Assembly (NCBI GenBank): GCA_964385825.1
Contig: CAYLPX010000003.1
Span: 1-35,558, forward strand
DNA length: 35,558 nt
Direction of reading: 5' to 3'
DNA from: an uncultured Candidatus Saccharibacteria bacterium
GTDB lineage: Bacteria > Patescibacteriota > Minisyncoccia > Phycocordibacterales > JAKFXT01
Made by a program: the position numbers and the translations under genes. The notes beneath the pieces are model-generated. The model worked only from the letters and a program-made list of their open reading frames with translations. It made no database searches and had not been told where the DNA came from. This document shows positions 24,541 to 31,915 of this stretch, piece after piece. How positions within the stretch are numbered: position 1 is the stretch's first letter; every line of letters begins with the position of its first letter.

Positions 24541-25047
24541 ATGAAATACTTCTGGTTTCTCTTTGCCCTCTGCCTTGCCGGAGCGTGCTGCGCACAAACG
24601 CCGAAAATGGTGGGGTGGCACCTGTTCCCCATCGAGACCGAAGATGGTGGGGTGGAGCCCCGGTTTACGGGAGTGATAGACACCGCATGGTGCGACATCA
24701 CCATCAAAGCAACCAACCATTTGGTCTTCTCGGCGCTTGTAGCCGAAGAGAATCAACCGCGGTACCAGGAGGGAGGTACCATACAACACAAGGAGATCTC
24801 GATAAAAGGCGTTCCGGGGGTACTCACTATCCTCACCAATAACGCCGTCAACGTCGAGGTCGGAGAGGGCAAATGGTTGAGTACTGATGCGCCACCACGA
24901 CCATTATTCCAAGAATACTGCGTGGATGCAGTGAGGCGCTTGCCAGGCGCCGTTCAGGCCCTTTTCGGGGGAACCTTTGGGATCGGGAGACCCCTTACCG
25001 AAATACCACAGGCATTGATACTTCGGGTTCAAGAAGGAGCGGACTGA
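24541..25047 (+). CDS. Orphan secreted protein (168 aa), high-GC cassette E ORF1
   Basis: GGGAGGAGG SD directly upstream of the ATG at 24541. Signal peptide MKYFWFLFALCLAGACCAQ. Line 24601-24660 counts 63% GC. Confidence 0.55.
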   Translation: MKYFWFLFALCLAGACCAQTPKMVGWHLFPIETEDGGVEPRFTGVIDTAWCDITIKATNHLVFSALVAEENQPRYQEGGTIQHKEISIKGVPGVLTILTNNAVNVEVGEGKWLSTDAPPRPLFQEYCVDAVRRLPGAVQALFGGTFGIGRPLTEIPQALILRVQEGAD

Positions 25048-25048
25048 A

Positions 25049-25177
25049 ATGAAAACCCTCCAAATCATCGCCGGCACAGTTGCCGGCGATCGGTGGCAAA
25101 CAGCTGCCGTAAGCCGTATCCCGATCTTCATTCTTCTCATTCTTGTTTTCACCCTCGCCTATGTGGCGGGAGTATGA
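25049..25177 (+). CDS. Micro-ORF (42 aa) encoding a C-terminal TM helix, translationally coupled to cassette E ORF1
   Basis: Hand-translated: MKTLQIIAGTVAGDRWQTAAVSRIPIFILLILVFTLAYVAGV. Its ATG lies 1 nt after the ORF1 TGA, with an AAGGAG SD 9 nt upstream and a terminator immediately after. It is below the 60-aa track threshold. Confidence 0.4.
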   Translation: MKTLQIIAGTVAGDRWQTAAVSRIPIFILLILVFTLAYVAGV

Positions 25178-25184
25178 AGACAGG

Positions 25185-25214
25185 CGGCGCCCACCCGGGG
25201 CGCCGTTTTCTTTT
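25185..25214 (+). terminator. Intrinsic terminator after cassette E ORF1-ORF2
   Basis: 8-bp GC stem CGGCGCCC/GGGCGCCG, 5-nt loop, then TTTTCTTTT. Confidence 0.7.
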
Positions 25215-25267
25215 GCAGGAATAATAAAAATATAGTAAAACCTAAGTAGACAACTTGGGAGCCGAAC

Positions 25268-25591
25268 ATGAACCTCCACGCCATCAATCGCATCCTAGCC
25301 ATGCTGGCAGTCGCCGCGGCGTCTGCTGCTTGGTACCACAAGACGTACAACCAAATCGATTACGCAGTACAGGTTTGGGAACACAACAAGGCGGACGATG
25401 AGGAGTACCGCAGATACGCCTACATCAAGGAGTTCGAGTTTGGCACCTGCTATGCCAACGAGGATGGCGCCCTCCTCCATGGAAGGATTTTGGGCTTTGC
25501 CGACATGCAGAGGCTTGACCTTTGCATGAAAGATTTCCGAGAAAACGGGCGCGCTGAACTTTCGATCGCCCTTGATGCTGACCCGCCGTGA
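25268..25591 (+). CDS. Orphan protein with an N-terminal hydrophobic segment (107 aa), high-GC cassette E ORF3
   Basis: GGGAG SD 6 nt upstream. N-terminus INRILAMLAVAAASAAW. A TATAGT -10-like box at 25233-25238. The terminator hairpin contains the stop codon. Confidence 0.5.
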   Translation: MNLHAINRILAMLAVAAASAAWYHKTYNQIDYAVQVWEHNKADDEEYRRYAYIKEFEFGTCYANEDGALLHGRILGFADMQRLDLCMKDFRENGRAELSIALDADPP

Positions 25592-25603
25592 GGCGGGTTT
25601 TTT
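25582..25603 (+). terminator. Intrinsic terminator after cassette E ORF3
   Basis: CCCGCC-GTGA-GGCGGG followed by T6. The stop TGA sits in the loop. Confidence 0.75.
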
Positions 25604-25608
25604 GCTTT

Positions 25609-26133
25609 CTATTTTTTACTTACAAAAATTGCCTTGCCACGCCATGAAAAAAGAAAATCATGGAAGGATACAAAAATGTCCTTCCCCTTTTCACGATGTA
25701 GACTTTCTGGATCATTAAAATAAAAACCTTCTAATTCTGGTACTTCACCTTCCAATTCTTTTATTCCCGTGAGTACCACCATATGAAACTTATGTTGTCC
25801 CAATATCACCTTATCAGCCGACACTATAACTGGACTTCCGGCACGTAAGGCTAAAACTAGTTCTGCTACCCCATCGCCCGCATCCATTCCCTCTTTGCGA
25901 TATGCATGGAGTCCCGCCGCATTACATTCACTTACCACATAATCATGGATGAGGCCCGAAGGCCCATAGCCACCATCATCAAGGGCCTTCTTGGCCAATT
26001 CCGCAATAGAAAGATGTGCCACGCCAAAATAGTCGTAAATCATTTTCATACAGCAGAAGCCACAAGCTCGCGGCATCCAGTAGGGATCTTGAATATCTAA
26101 AAACTGCGAATAGTATGGTACGTCTAATTTCAT
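25609..26133 (-). CDS. Peptidase C39-like (papain-fold) domain protein
   Basis: VPYYSQ...PRACGFCCMKMIYDYFG resembles the C39_2/BtrH-like N-terminal Cys motif. Composition is that of the AT-rich backbone. A TACAAT box lies 11 nt upstream of the ATG. Confidence 0.6.
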   Translation of the reverse strand: MKLDVPYYSQFLDIQDPYWMPRACGFCCMKMIYDYFGVAHLSIAELAKKALDDGGYGPSGLIHDYVVSECNAAGLHAYRKEGMDAGDGVAELVLALRAGSPVIVSADKVILGQHKFHMVVLTGIKELEGEVPELEGFYFNDPESLHREKGKDIFVSFHDFLFSWRGKAIFVSKK

Positions 26134-26263
26134 AGCTTAAAGAAATTGTATTTTAGGAAAGTTCCAATTACCAAAGCCACTTATATTTTCTTTGATAAAT
26201 GAATTAAATGTAAACCACAGCACTAGCGCAACCAGTATTAACCCTAAAAGTCGAAATGACATA

Positions 26264-28627
26264 TTAGCGGACTTGCCAGTTAGCGTTGGCGTTAAGAGTG
26301 TCTGTGATGCTCTGCATCACAACATTTATTTCTTCGTCAGTAAGTGTTTTATCCATTGCCTGGAAAACAAGGTGGTAGGCGTACGACACTCTACCCTCTT
26401 TACGAAACTCATCGAACTGATCGATGCGAACAAAGTATGGACCAGCATGTTCTACAATTATTTTAGAAACCTCATTACTTGTTATTGTTTCAGGTACAAA
26501 GATAGCAATGTCGCGAAGTATAAATGGATAGGAAGAAAACGTCTTGAAAGCAATATCGGGACTGCGAGAAAATTCAATAGCAGAAATCTCTGGAAGTTTA
26601 TCAAGTAAATCTGTAAGGTTAGTTTCGCATGTGCTTTGACCATCATTAATCTCGATACCTACTTTCATTTTTAGCGCTACTCTAACTTCTTCAAGTATTT
26701 GCTTTTCTATCTCTCTTCCTTTTTTACCAAAATTAGGAACAAAAACATCAATGGCAAGAGAGAGATGTTCTTTGTTATTACCAAAAACCTTACCGATTTC
26801 AAATAATTTAACCTCTGAAAGTCCCAGAAGTGGAGCATTGTAAGTATTAAGCCCCTGGCTTTCTCTTAACCCCGCAATAAGAGATTGGCGCATAAAGTTT
26901 TTATTCCCCGCAATAGGATTCTGTAATTCTACTTCCCCATGTTCCACCATGGCATAGGTATACACCTCGGAAAACCCAGCCTCTGTCAGAGTCGTTCGGA
27001 TTTTATCTAAATAATAGAACTCCTTGTTTACTTCAACTTCGTGCGTCATGTTCGGAAGAATCGATGGGATATGTTCTAGCCCATAGATACGTCCTATTTC
27101 ATCAATAAGGTCTTCCTTGATACGCACATCAAGCCGCTCAAATGGAACTTCAACAAGAAAACGAGTTTCCTTTTGATCAGCCACGCGCCCATAGCCAATA
27201 ATATTTTTAAATTGATCACTTGTCGCTAAATCCTCAACAACCACCCCATTCTTACTTTTTGTAGCGTGAAGTATTTTACCCTCTCCCACATACATACCTA
27301 CATGATCAACTCCTTCAGGAACCTTGGTGCCTTTTATAAACTGTACTGACTCATAATAAATCTTTCCTTCGCCTGTATTTGCAAAAACGAGATCACCATA
27401 GGCGAGATTTTCTTTTTCTACCCTATCACTAAACACATACTTATCGACTGAATAACTAGGCATGTATATCCCCGCCTCAACATACAGGTAACTCACTAAT
27501 GATGAGCAACTAAAAAATCTTGGTGGGTCAACACGCATAGAACTGTCTCGTCTATATGCAGCGCTAAGTGTTGCTGGAATTGCATTTCGGAGTGCTTCTT
27601 CGACTACTAATTTTTTATGCGAAAGTCCAAGACGTTTCAAAATAGCATCAACCTCACTCTCTTTAAGTTCTGTACCAAGAAGTGTATTTATTTCTTTGGT
27701 TGAGACACCAAGTTTATATTGATGCTCAACATAGTCTTTATAATCAACCGCGCCTTCAACTACAAAATTCTCGCCCCTTGCTTCTTTTTCAAGAAGTTCA
27801 ATAGCATATGCGACTGCATAGCCCGGAAGCTCGGGAGCTAAGCCATTTTCAAAACGCTTTGAGGCATCAGTGCGAACATCAAGCAGCTTACTGCCGCGGC
27901 GAATAGTCTCTGCATCAAAGTTTGCTGCTTCCAAAATAATGTCCGTGGTGTCTTCCGTGATACTAGAACTCATTCCCCCTTTAATTCCACCGATCCCTAA
28001 AATATTCTTGCCATCCGTATTGCCATCAGTGATAAGTAACACACCACTTGGAATCACTCGTTCTGCTCCGTCCAATGTTTGTGTTTTTTCACCCTCTGCA
28101 CTTTCCCGTACGACAAACTTATACCCCCCCTCTTTCTCACTCAACTTTTTAGCATCAAAAGCGTGCATTGGTTGTCCAATATCAAACATCACAAAGTTAG
28201 TGATATCCACTACATTGTTTATAGACCGGCCTCCCATAGCTTCTATCCGCTCGCGAAGCCACTTAGGAGACTCTTTTACTTTCACCCCGCGCACCACGGC
28301 TCCATGAAAACGTTTTACTTTGGAAGTTGCCACTTCCACTGTCCAGGCATTTGATTCTGGGAAAGTCTGTAATTTTTTCTCAAATGGTTTTCGAGTGAGC
28401 GGGATATTAAAAATAGCGGAAACTTCTTTAGCCACCCCATAGTGACAAAAACAGTCATGCGCGCGATTGGGTAACACTTTTACATCAAGAACTGTATCGT
28501 CCCCCACTGCTCTCACCTCCTCAATTTCAAAAGCATGGTTTGTAAGCCCAGTGGCCAAATCTGCAGCCGAAGGGAGTTCAGTATCAAAAAATGTTTGGAG
28601 CCATGCTCGTGAGATCAACATACACAT
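26264..28627 (-). CDS. pheT: Phenylalanyl-tRNA synthetase beta subunit carrying an inserted NlpC/P60 domain and lacking the EMAP/OB tRNA-binding domain
   Basis: B3/4 domain (VVDITNFVMFDIGQPMHAFDA), B5 halves (EINTLLGTELKESEVDAILKRLGL ... VEVPFERLDVRIKEDLIDEIGRIYGLEHIPS) and a C-terminal FDX-ACB-like domain. aa 341-489 between the B5 halves are NlpC/P60-like. The start codon overlaps the pheS stop (TAATG). Confidence 0.9.
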   Translation of the reverse strand: MCMLISRAWLQTFFDTELPSAADLATGLTNHAFEIEEVRAVGDDTVLDVKVLPNRAHDCFCHYGVAKEVSAIFNIPLTRKPFEKKLQTFPESNAWTVEVATSKVKRFHGAVVRGVKVKESPKWLRERIEAMGGRSINNVVDITNFVMFDIGQPMHAFDAKKLSEKEGGYKFVVRESAEGEKTQTLDGAERVIPSGVLLITDGNTDGKNILGIGGIKGGMSSSITEDTTDIILEAANFDAETIRRGSKLLDVRTDASKRFENGLAPELPGYAVAYAIELLEKEARGENFVVEGAVDYKDYVEHQYKLGVSTKEINTLLGTELKESEVDAILKRLGLSHKKLVVEEALRNAIPATLSAAYRRDSSMRVDPPRFFSCSSLVSYLYVEAGIYMPSYSVDKYVFSDRVEKENLAYGDLVFANTGEGKIYYESVQFIKGTKVPEGVDHVGMYVGEGKILHATKSKNGVVVEDLATSDQFKNIIGYGRVADQKETRFLVEVPFERLDVRIKEDLIDEIGRIYGLEHIPSILPNMTHEVEVNKEFYYLDKIRTTLTEAGFSEVYTYAMVEHGEVELQNPIAGNKNFMRQSLIAGLRESQGLNTYNAPLLGLSEVKLFEIGKVFGNNKEHLSLAIDVFVPNFGKKGREIEKQILEEVRVALKMKVGIEINDGQSTCETNLTDLLDKLPEISAIEFSRSPDIAFKTFSSYPFILRDIAIFVPETITSNEVSKIIVEHAGPYFVRIDQFDEFRKEGRVSYAYHLVFQAMDKTLTDEEINVVMQSITDTLNANANWQVR

Positions 28628-29385
28628 TAAAACTGGTTAACCAAACGAAGATCTCCTTGATACAAAAGTCTGACGTCGGGAATACCGTACTTTATAACTC
28701 CCAAACGATCTAATCCCATACCGAACGCAAAACCCGTGTACTTACGAGGATCAATACCACCAGCCTCAAGTGTCTTGGGGTGCACCATACCTGCCCCCAT
28801 CAGTTCTATCCAGCCAGTGTTTTTACAAACAGTACAACCCTTCCCCTGACATTTAACACATGTTACATCTGCTTCAACTCCCGGCTCCACGAACGGGAAA
28901 TAACTAGGACGAAGTCGTATAGCTACTGGTACCCCGAAAAATTCTTTGAAGAAATGTTCGAGCACTCCCTTAAAGTGGGCAAGTGATACTCCCTCTCCCA
29001 CCATAAGACCCTCAAGTTGATAAAACTGTGCTTCATGTGTCGCATCTGTTGCTTCATGGCGATAGACCTTACCGGGAGTGACCATAGCTATCGGCATAGT
29101 ATCTTTGTGGCTCTGCATGTAACGAATCTGCACAGGGCTTGTATGAGTGCGAAGAAGTTTACGAGCGTTAAGCGGTTTAAGCCAAAAAGTATCCCACATG
29201 TCACGAGCTGGGTGCCACTCGGGAATATTGAGTGCATCGAAGTTATAGAACTCCGTTTCTATTTCAGGCCCATCAGCAACAGCAAATCCGAGTCCACGAA
29301 AAATACGGGCAATATCCCGTTGCATAAGGGTTATAGGGTGTAAATGCCCTTTAGCCCCAGGTGATTCTTGAGTTAGTTCTGCCAT
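28627..29385 (-). CDS. pheS: Phenylalanyl-tRNA synthetase alpha subunit, short form
   Basis: Class II core motifs (HPARDMWDTFW, FRLRPSYFPFVEPG, GFAFGMGLDRL). I prefer the ATG at 29385 (MAELTQ) because a TATAAT box (29393-29398, minus strand) lies 7 nt upstream; the ORF-track start at 29403 is a TTG inside that promoter. Confidence 0.9.
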   Translation of the reverse strand: MAELTQESPGAKGHLHPITLMQRDIARIFRGLGFAVADGPEIETEFYNFDALNIPEWHPARDMWDTFWLKPLNARKLLRTHTSPVQIRYMQSHKDTMPIAMVTPGKVYRHEATDATHEAQFYQLEGLMVGEGVSLAHFKGVLEHFFKEFFGVPVAIRLRPSYFPFVEPGVEADVTCVKCQGKGCTVCKNTGWIELMGAGMVHPKTLEAGGIDPRKYTGFAFGMGLDRLGVIKYGIPDVRLLYQGDLRLVNQF

Positions 29386-29427
29386 CTCTCGTATTATAGC
29401 CAAATAAGCTTATAATTCCACCCTACC

Positions 29428-30315
29428 CTAAAAAGTGACTGAGAAAATATCCGCTCCTTTTTTAAGATACAAACTCCGCCCCTCTTTAATTCGAAACTCA
29501 TAATTACTACCTTCCACAATTGGTTGTGTATTTTGAGGAGAACGATCGTCTATTTCCTCAACATAAATCCCATTCTCAAGGCGTATAAGTACTAAATCCT
29601 CTCTTCCTGGATAGGACTCATATGAAAGTACTGGCGAGTTAGTGTGTATGGTTATACTGGTTTTACAAACTGTATTCTCACAAAAATAGTTTGGAATAGC
29701 ATCAGCTTCACCCTTCCACGTTGCTACCAAAACACCATTAGTGTTACTGAAAACTAGCCGCGCAGGTGAGAGTTCGTCCTCTGTAGAAGAGGCCAGTATG
29801 TTAGTTGAGGTCGCAACGGGTATTTTAGGTGCAGTAAAAAGTGCGAGGGCTGTAGCATATTCAGGATTTTTCACCGGTTTCTTTGTCACACTTGATGTAG
29901 CCGTACTCGTGGCACTACTTATATATGGCAACACCGGGGTTACGACCGGATGATCCTTAATAAGAAACGTGTGTGCTTCACTTACTAATTCTGGGAACAC
30001 TTTTAACGTCTTGTGCCACGTTTGAAGTCCATCCTTTGAAACTCGAACTTCGTATGTTCCTGGGCGAAGATCCTGCACAAAAGCAGATTTTTGAATAATA
30101 CTTGTTTTTCGCTCAAGGGTGTTATTTATGTAGATCTCAATACCGGATTGATCAGTACTTACGTAAATCCCACCCGTCTCGCGAATACGTACCGCATCTT
30201 TGAGGTTGAACCGATACCCTTCAGCATAGAAAATAAAGAGGGGTACAATTGCAAAAAAAATGAGACTGAAGAATACAAAGAAGAATAATCTTTTTTTGCG
30301 TGAAAGTGGATCCAT
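29428..30315 (-). CDS. Membrane-anchored PEGA-domain protein
   Basis: N-terminal TM (LFFFVFFSLIFFAIVPLFIF). PEGA-like GIEIYINNTLERKTS...LRPGTYEVRVSKDGLQTWHKTLKV. Its ATG lies 1 nt after the upstream stop. Confidence 0.7.
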   Translation of the reverse strand: MDPLSRKKRLFFFVFFSLIFFAIVPLFIFYAEGYRFNLKDAVRIRETGGIYVSTDQSGIEIYINNTLERKTSIIQKSAFVQDLRPGTYEVRVSKDGLQTWHKTLKVFPELVSEAHTFLIKDHPVVTPVLPYISSATSTATSSVTKKPVKNPEYATALALFTAPKIPVATSTNILASSTEDELSPARLVFSNTNGVLVATWKGEADAIPNYFCENTVCKTSITIHTNSPVLSYESYPGREDLVLIRLENGIYVEEIDDRSPQNTQPIVEGSNYEFRIKEGRSLYLKKGADIFSVTF

Positions 30316-30316
30316 A

Positions 30317-31876
30317 CTATTTGCGATGTTTCGGGGTCACCCAAAAACCCATATACTTCCCTAGCATAAGACGAGTCTGTGCATGCAGTCCAGGGACAGC
30401 TCCGAAAGTAATAATGGTAAACGGCACCAATATCCACTGCATCACCATACCAAAACGAGAAGTCTTAACTTTACCCACCGGTTTTACCGGAACAAATGAC
30501 ATGTAGATAATAGCCGAGAGAATAAGCCCAAGCATCGCCACAGTCATGATGTTACGAGTCAGAATCGGCAGATTGTATGAAAGCAAACTCTTATTAAACA
30601 GAGATCCGCCCACAATAACAGGGAGCCAACCTAAGAGAAAAATCATAATAGGGTTAGTAGCAAGTGACCAGAAACCTTCTAACTGCACTAGCCCAACCCG
30701 AATCTTAGTCCAAAACGGTATCTTACTATTTTTAATAAACCCTAAGAAAATATAGGGCAAATTTTCAGCTCCATACATCCAGCGCAAATGTTGCTTGTAT
30801 ACATTAACTACTGTTTGCCAAAGTGTTGGTGCCACATTGGCATCCATCGACACAGGATAAGAGAGTGGGGTAACTGAATAATCACCATTATGAGCCATTA
30901 ACAAATTCCAATAGATACGCGAATCTTCTGAAACCATGTTTCGCTGCCAGAATCCGATTTCGTTAAGCGTAACAAAAGGAACTGAATGAGAAGAAAATGT
31001 AGCTAACTTCTCTGGCCTCTCCTGTTGCATCATTTGCCAAAATGTAGAAGAGCCTGCAACAACCCGCGAAATCATCGGTGCGTTCCAGACATTGTTGTTG
31101 TAGAAAGGAACAGGCTGATAGGAAGTTTTGTATGGATGAGGTGACGTTAGAAAATGCCATGTAAGACAAGAAAAATAGTCTGGGTACACAACCGTATCAA
31201 TATCGAAAGCAGAAACTAACACATCTTTATATGGAATACTGTTCTCATCGAGCACCTTAGATCTCGCCTCAAGAGCCATAAAAGCAATATTTGATCCCTT
31301 TCCCGCCATTTCCCCAGCCACATCCTTGGGATGTGTAGTAATCAAAAAAGCTCCAAATCTTTCTCCATAGCGATCCTTCATGTGCTGTGCCGTTTCTTGT
31401 GCAAGTGATCCAGCTCTCTCCTCCGTACCCAATACAACGAGAAATTTCTGATGATCATATTTTGCAGCTAACAATCCTTCTATACAGTGCGAAACCACAT
31501 CTTCCCCTTCTTTATAAAATGGTAAGAGGATCATATGTTTTACTTGCTCATGTTTAAGTGTGGCAAGTCGCGCACTCCAATCTACTTTCATGTTATAAAG
31601 TAAGCGCTTCCAGTTATGGCGCAAATGCATGGAAAGGTAAACCGTTTTAAGTAACCAGAAAAGATCAAAAGCGATAATAAAATAAGCAGCTGCGATAGGT
31701 CGAGTAAAAGAAAGTACTACTACCAAAATAAGCGTTGTCCATGAAAGCGCTCCAGGGAAGATTTCAAGAGCACGATAAAGAACATAATCAGAACCCGTAA
31801 GCTCTGTTGCCCTTCCTACCTTAAAATATGGTGTATTTTTATAGTCCATGTCCTTATTACCAAACAGATTTCCCAC
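30317..31876 (-). CDS. Integral-membrane processive family-2 glycosyltransferase (polysaccharide synthase-like)
   Basis: LPFYKE, AGKGSNIAF, FDIDTV (DxD), VSEDSR (TED-like) and QHLRW (QxxRW) motifs, flanked by multiple TM helices. The start is uncertain: GTG at 31876 or ATG at 31849. Confidence 0.75.
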   Translation of the reverse strand: MGNLFGNKDMDYKNTPYFKVGRATELTGSDYVLYRALEIFPGALSWTTLILVVVLSFTRPIAAAYFIIAFDLFWLLKTVYLSMHLRHNWKRLLYNMKVDWSARLATLKHEQVKHMILLPFYKEGEDVVSHCIEGLLAAKYDHQKFLVVLGTEERAGSLAQETAQHMKDRYGERFGAFLITTHPKDVAGEMAGKGSNIAFMALEARSKVLDENSIPYKDVLVSAFDIDTVVYPDYFSCLTWHFLTSPHPYKTSYQPVPFYNNNVWNAPMISRVVAGSSTFWQMMQQERPEKLATFSSHSVPFVTLNEIGFWQRNMVSEDSRIYWNLLMAHNGDYSVTPLSYPVSMDANVAPTLWQTVVNVYKQHLRWMYGAENLPYIFLGFIKNSKIPFWTKIRVGLVQLEGFWSLATNPIMIFLLGWLPVIVGGSLFNKSLLSYNLPILTRNIMTVAMLGLILSAIIYMSFVPVKPVGKVKTSRFGMVMQWILVPFTIITFGAVPGLHAQTRLMLGKYMGFWVTPKHRK

Positions 31877-31915
31877 TTTAGCAAAAAGAGCCCCAGAAAT
31901 CTACCGCACAACCTT

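Noticed and set aside
6230-25605. Explaining the high-GC segments as chimeric assembly or contaminating reads
   Set aside because: There are five separate segments. Each falls exactly in an intergenic spacer, flanked on both sides by intact backbone genes, and shares terminators or promoter-like AT-rich stretches with the backbone; the 22252-22283 terminator overlaps the gyrB stop codon. A chimera would not do this repeatedly. Read mapping is still needed to confirm.
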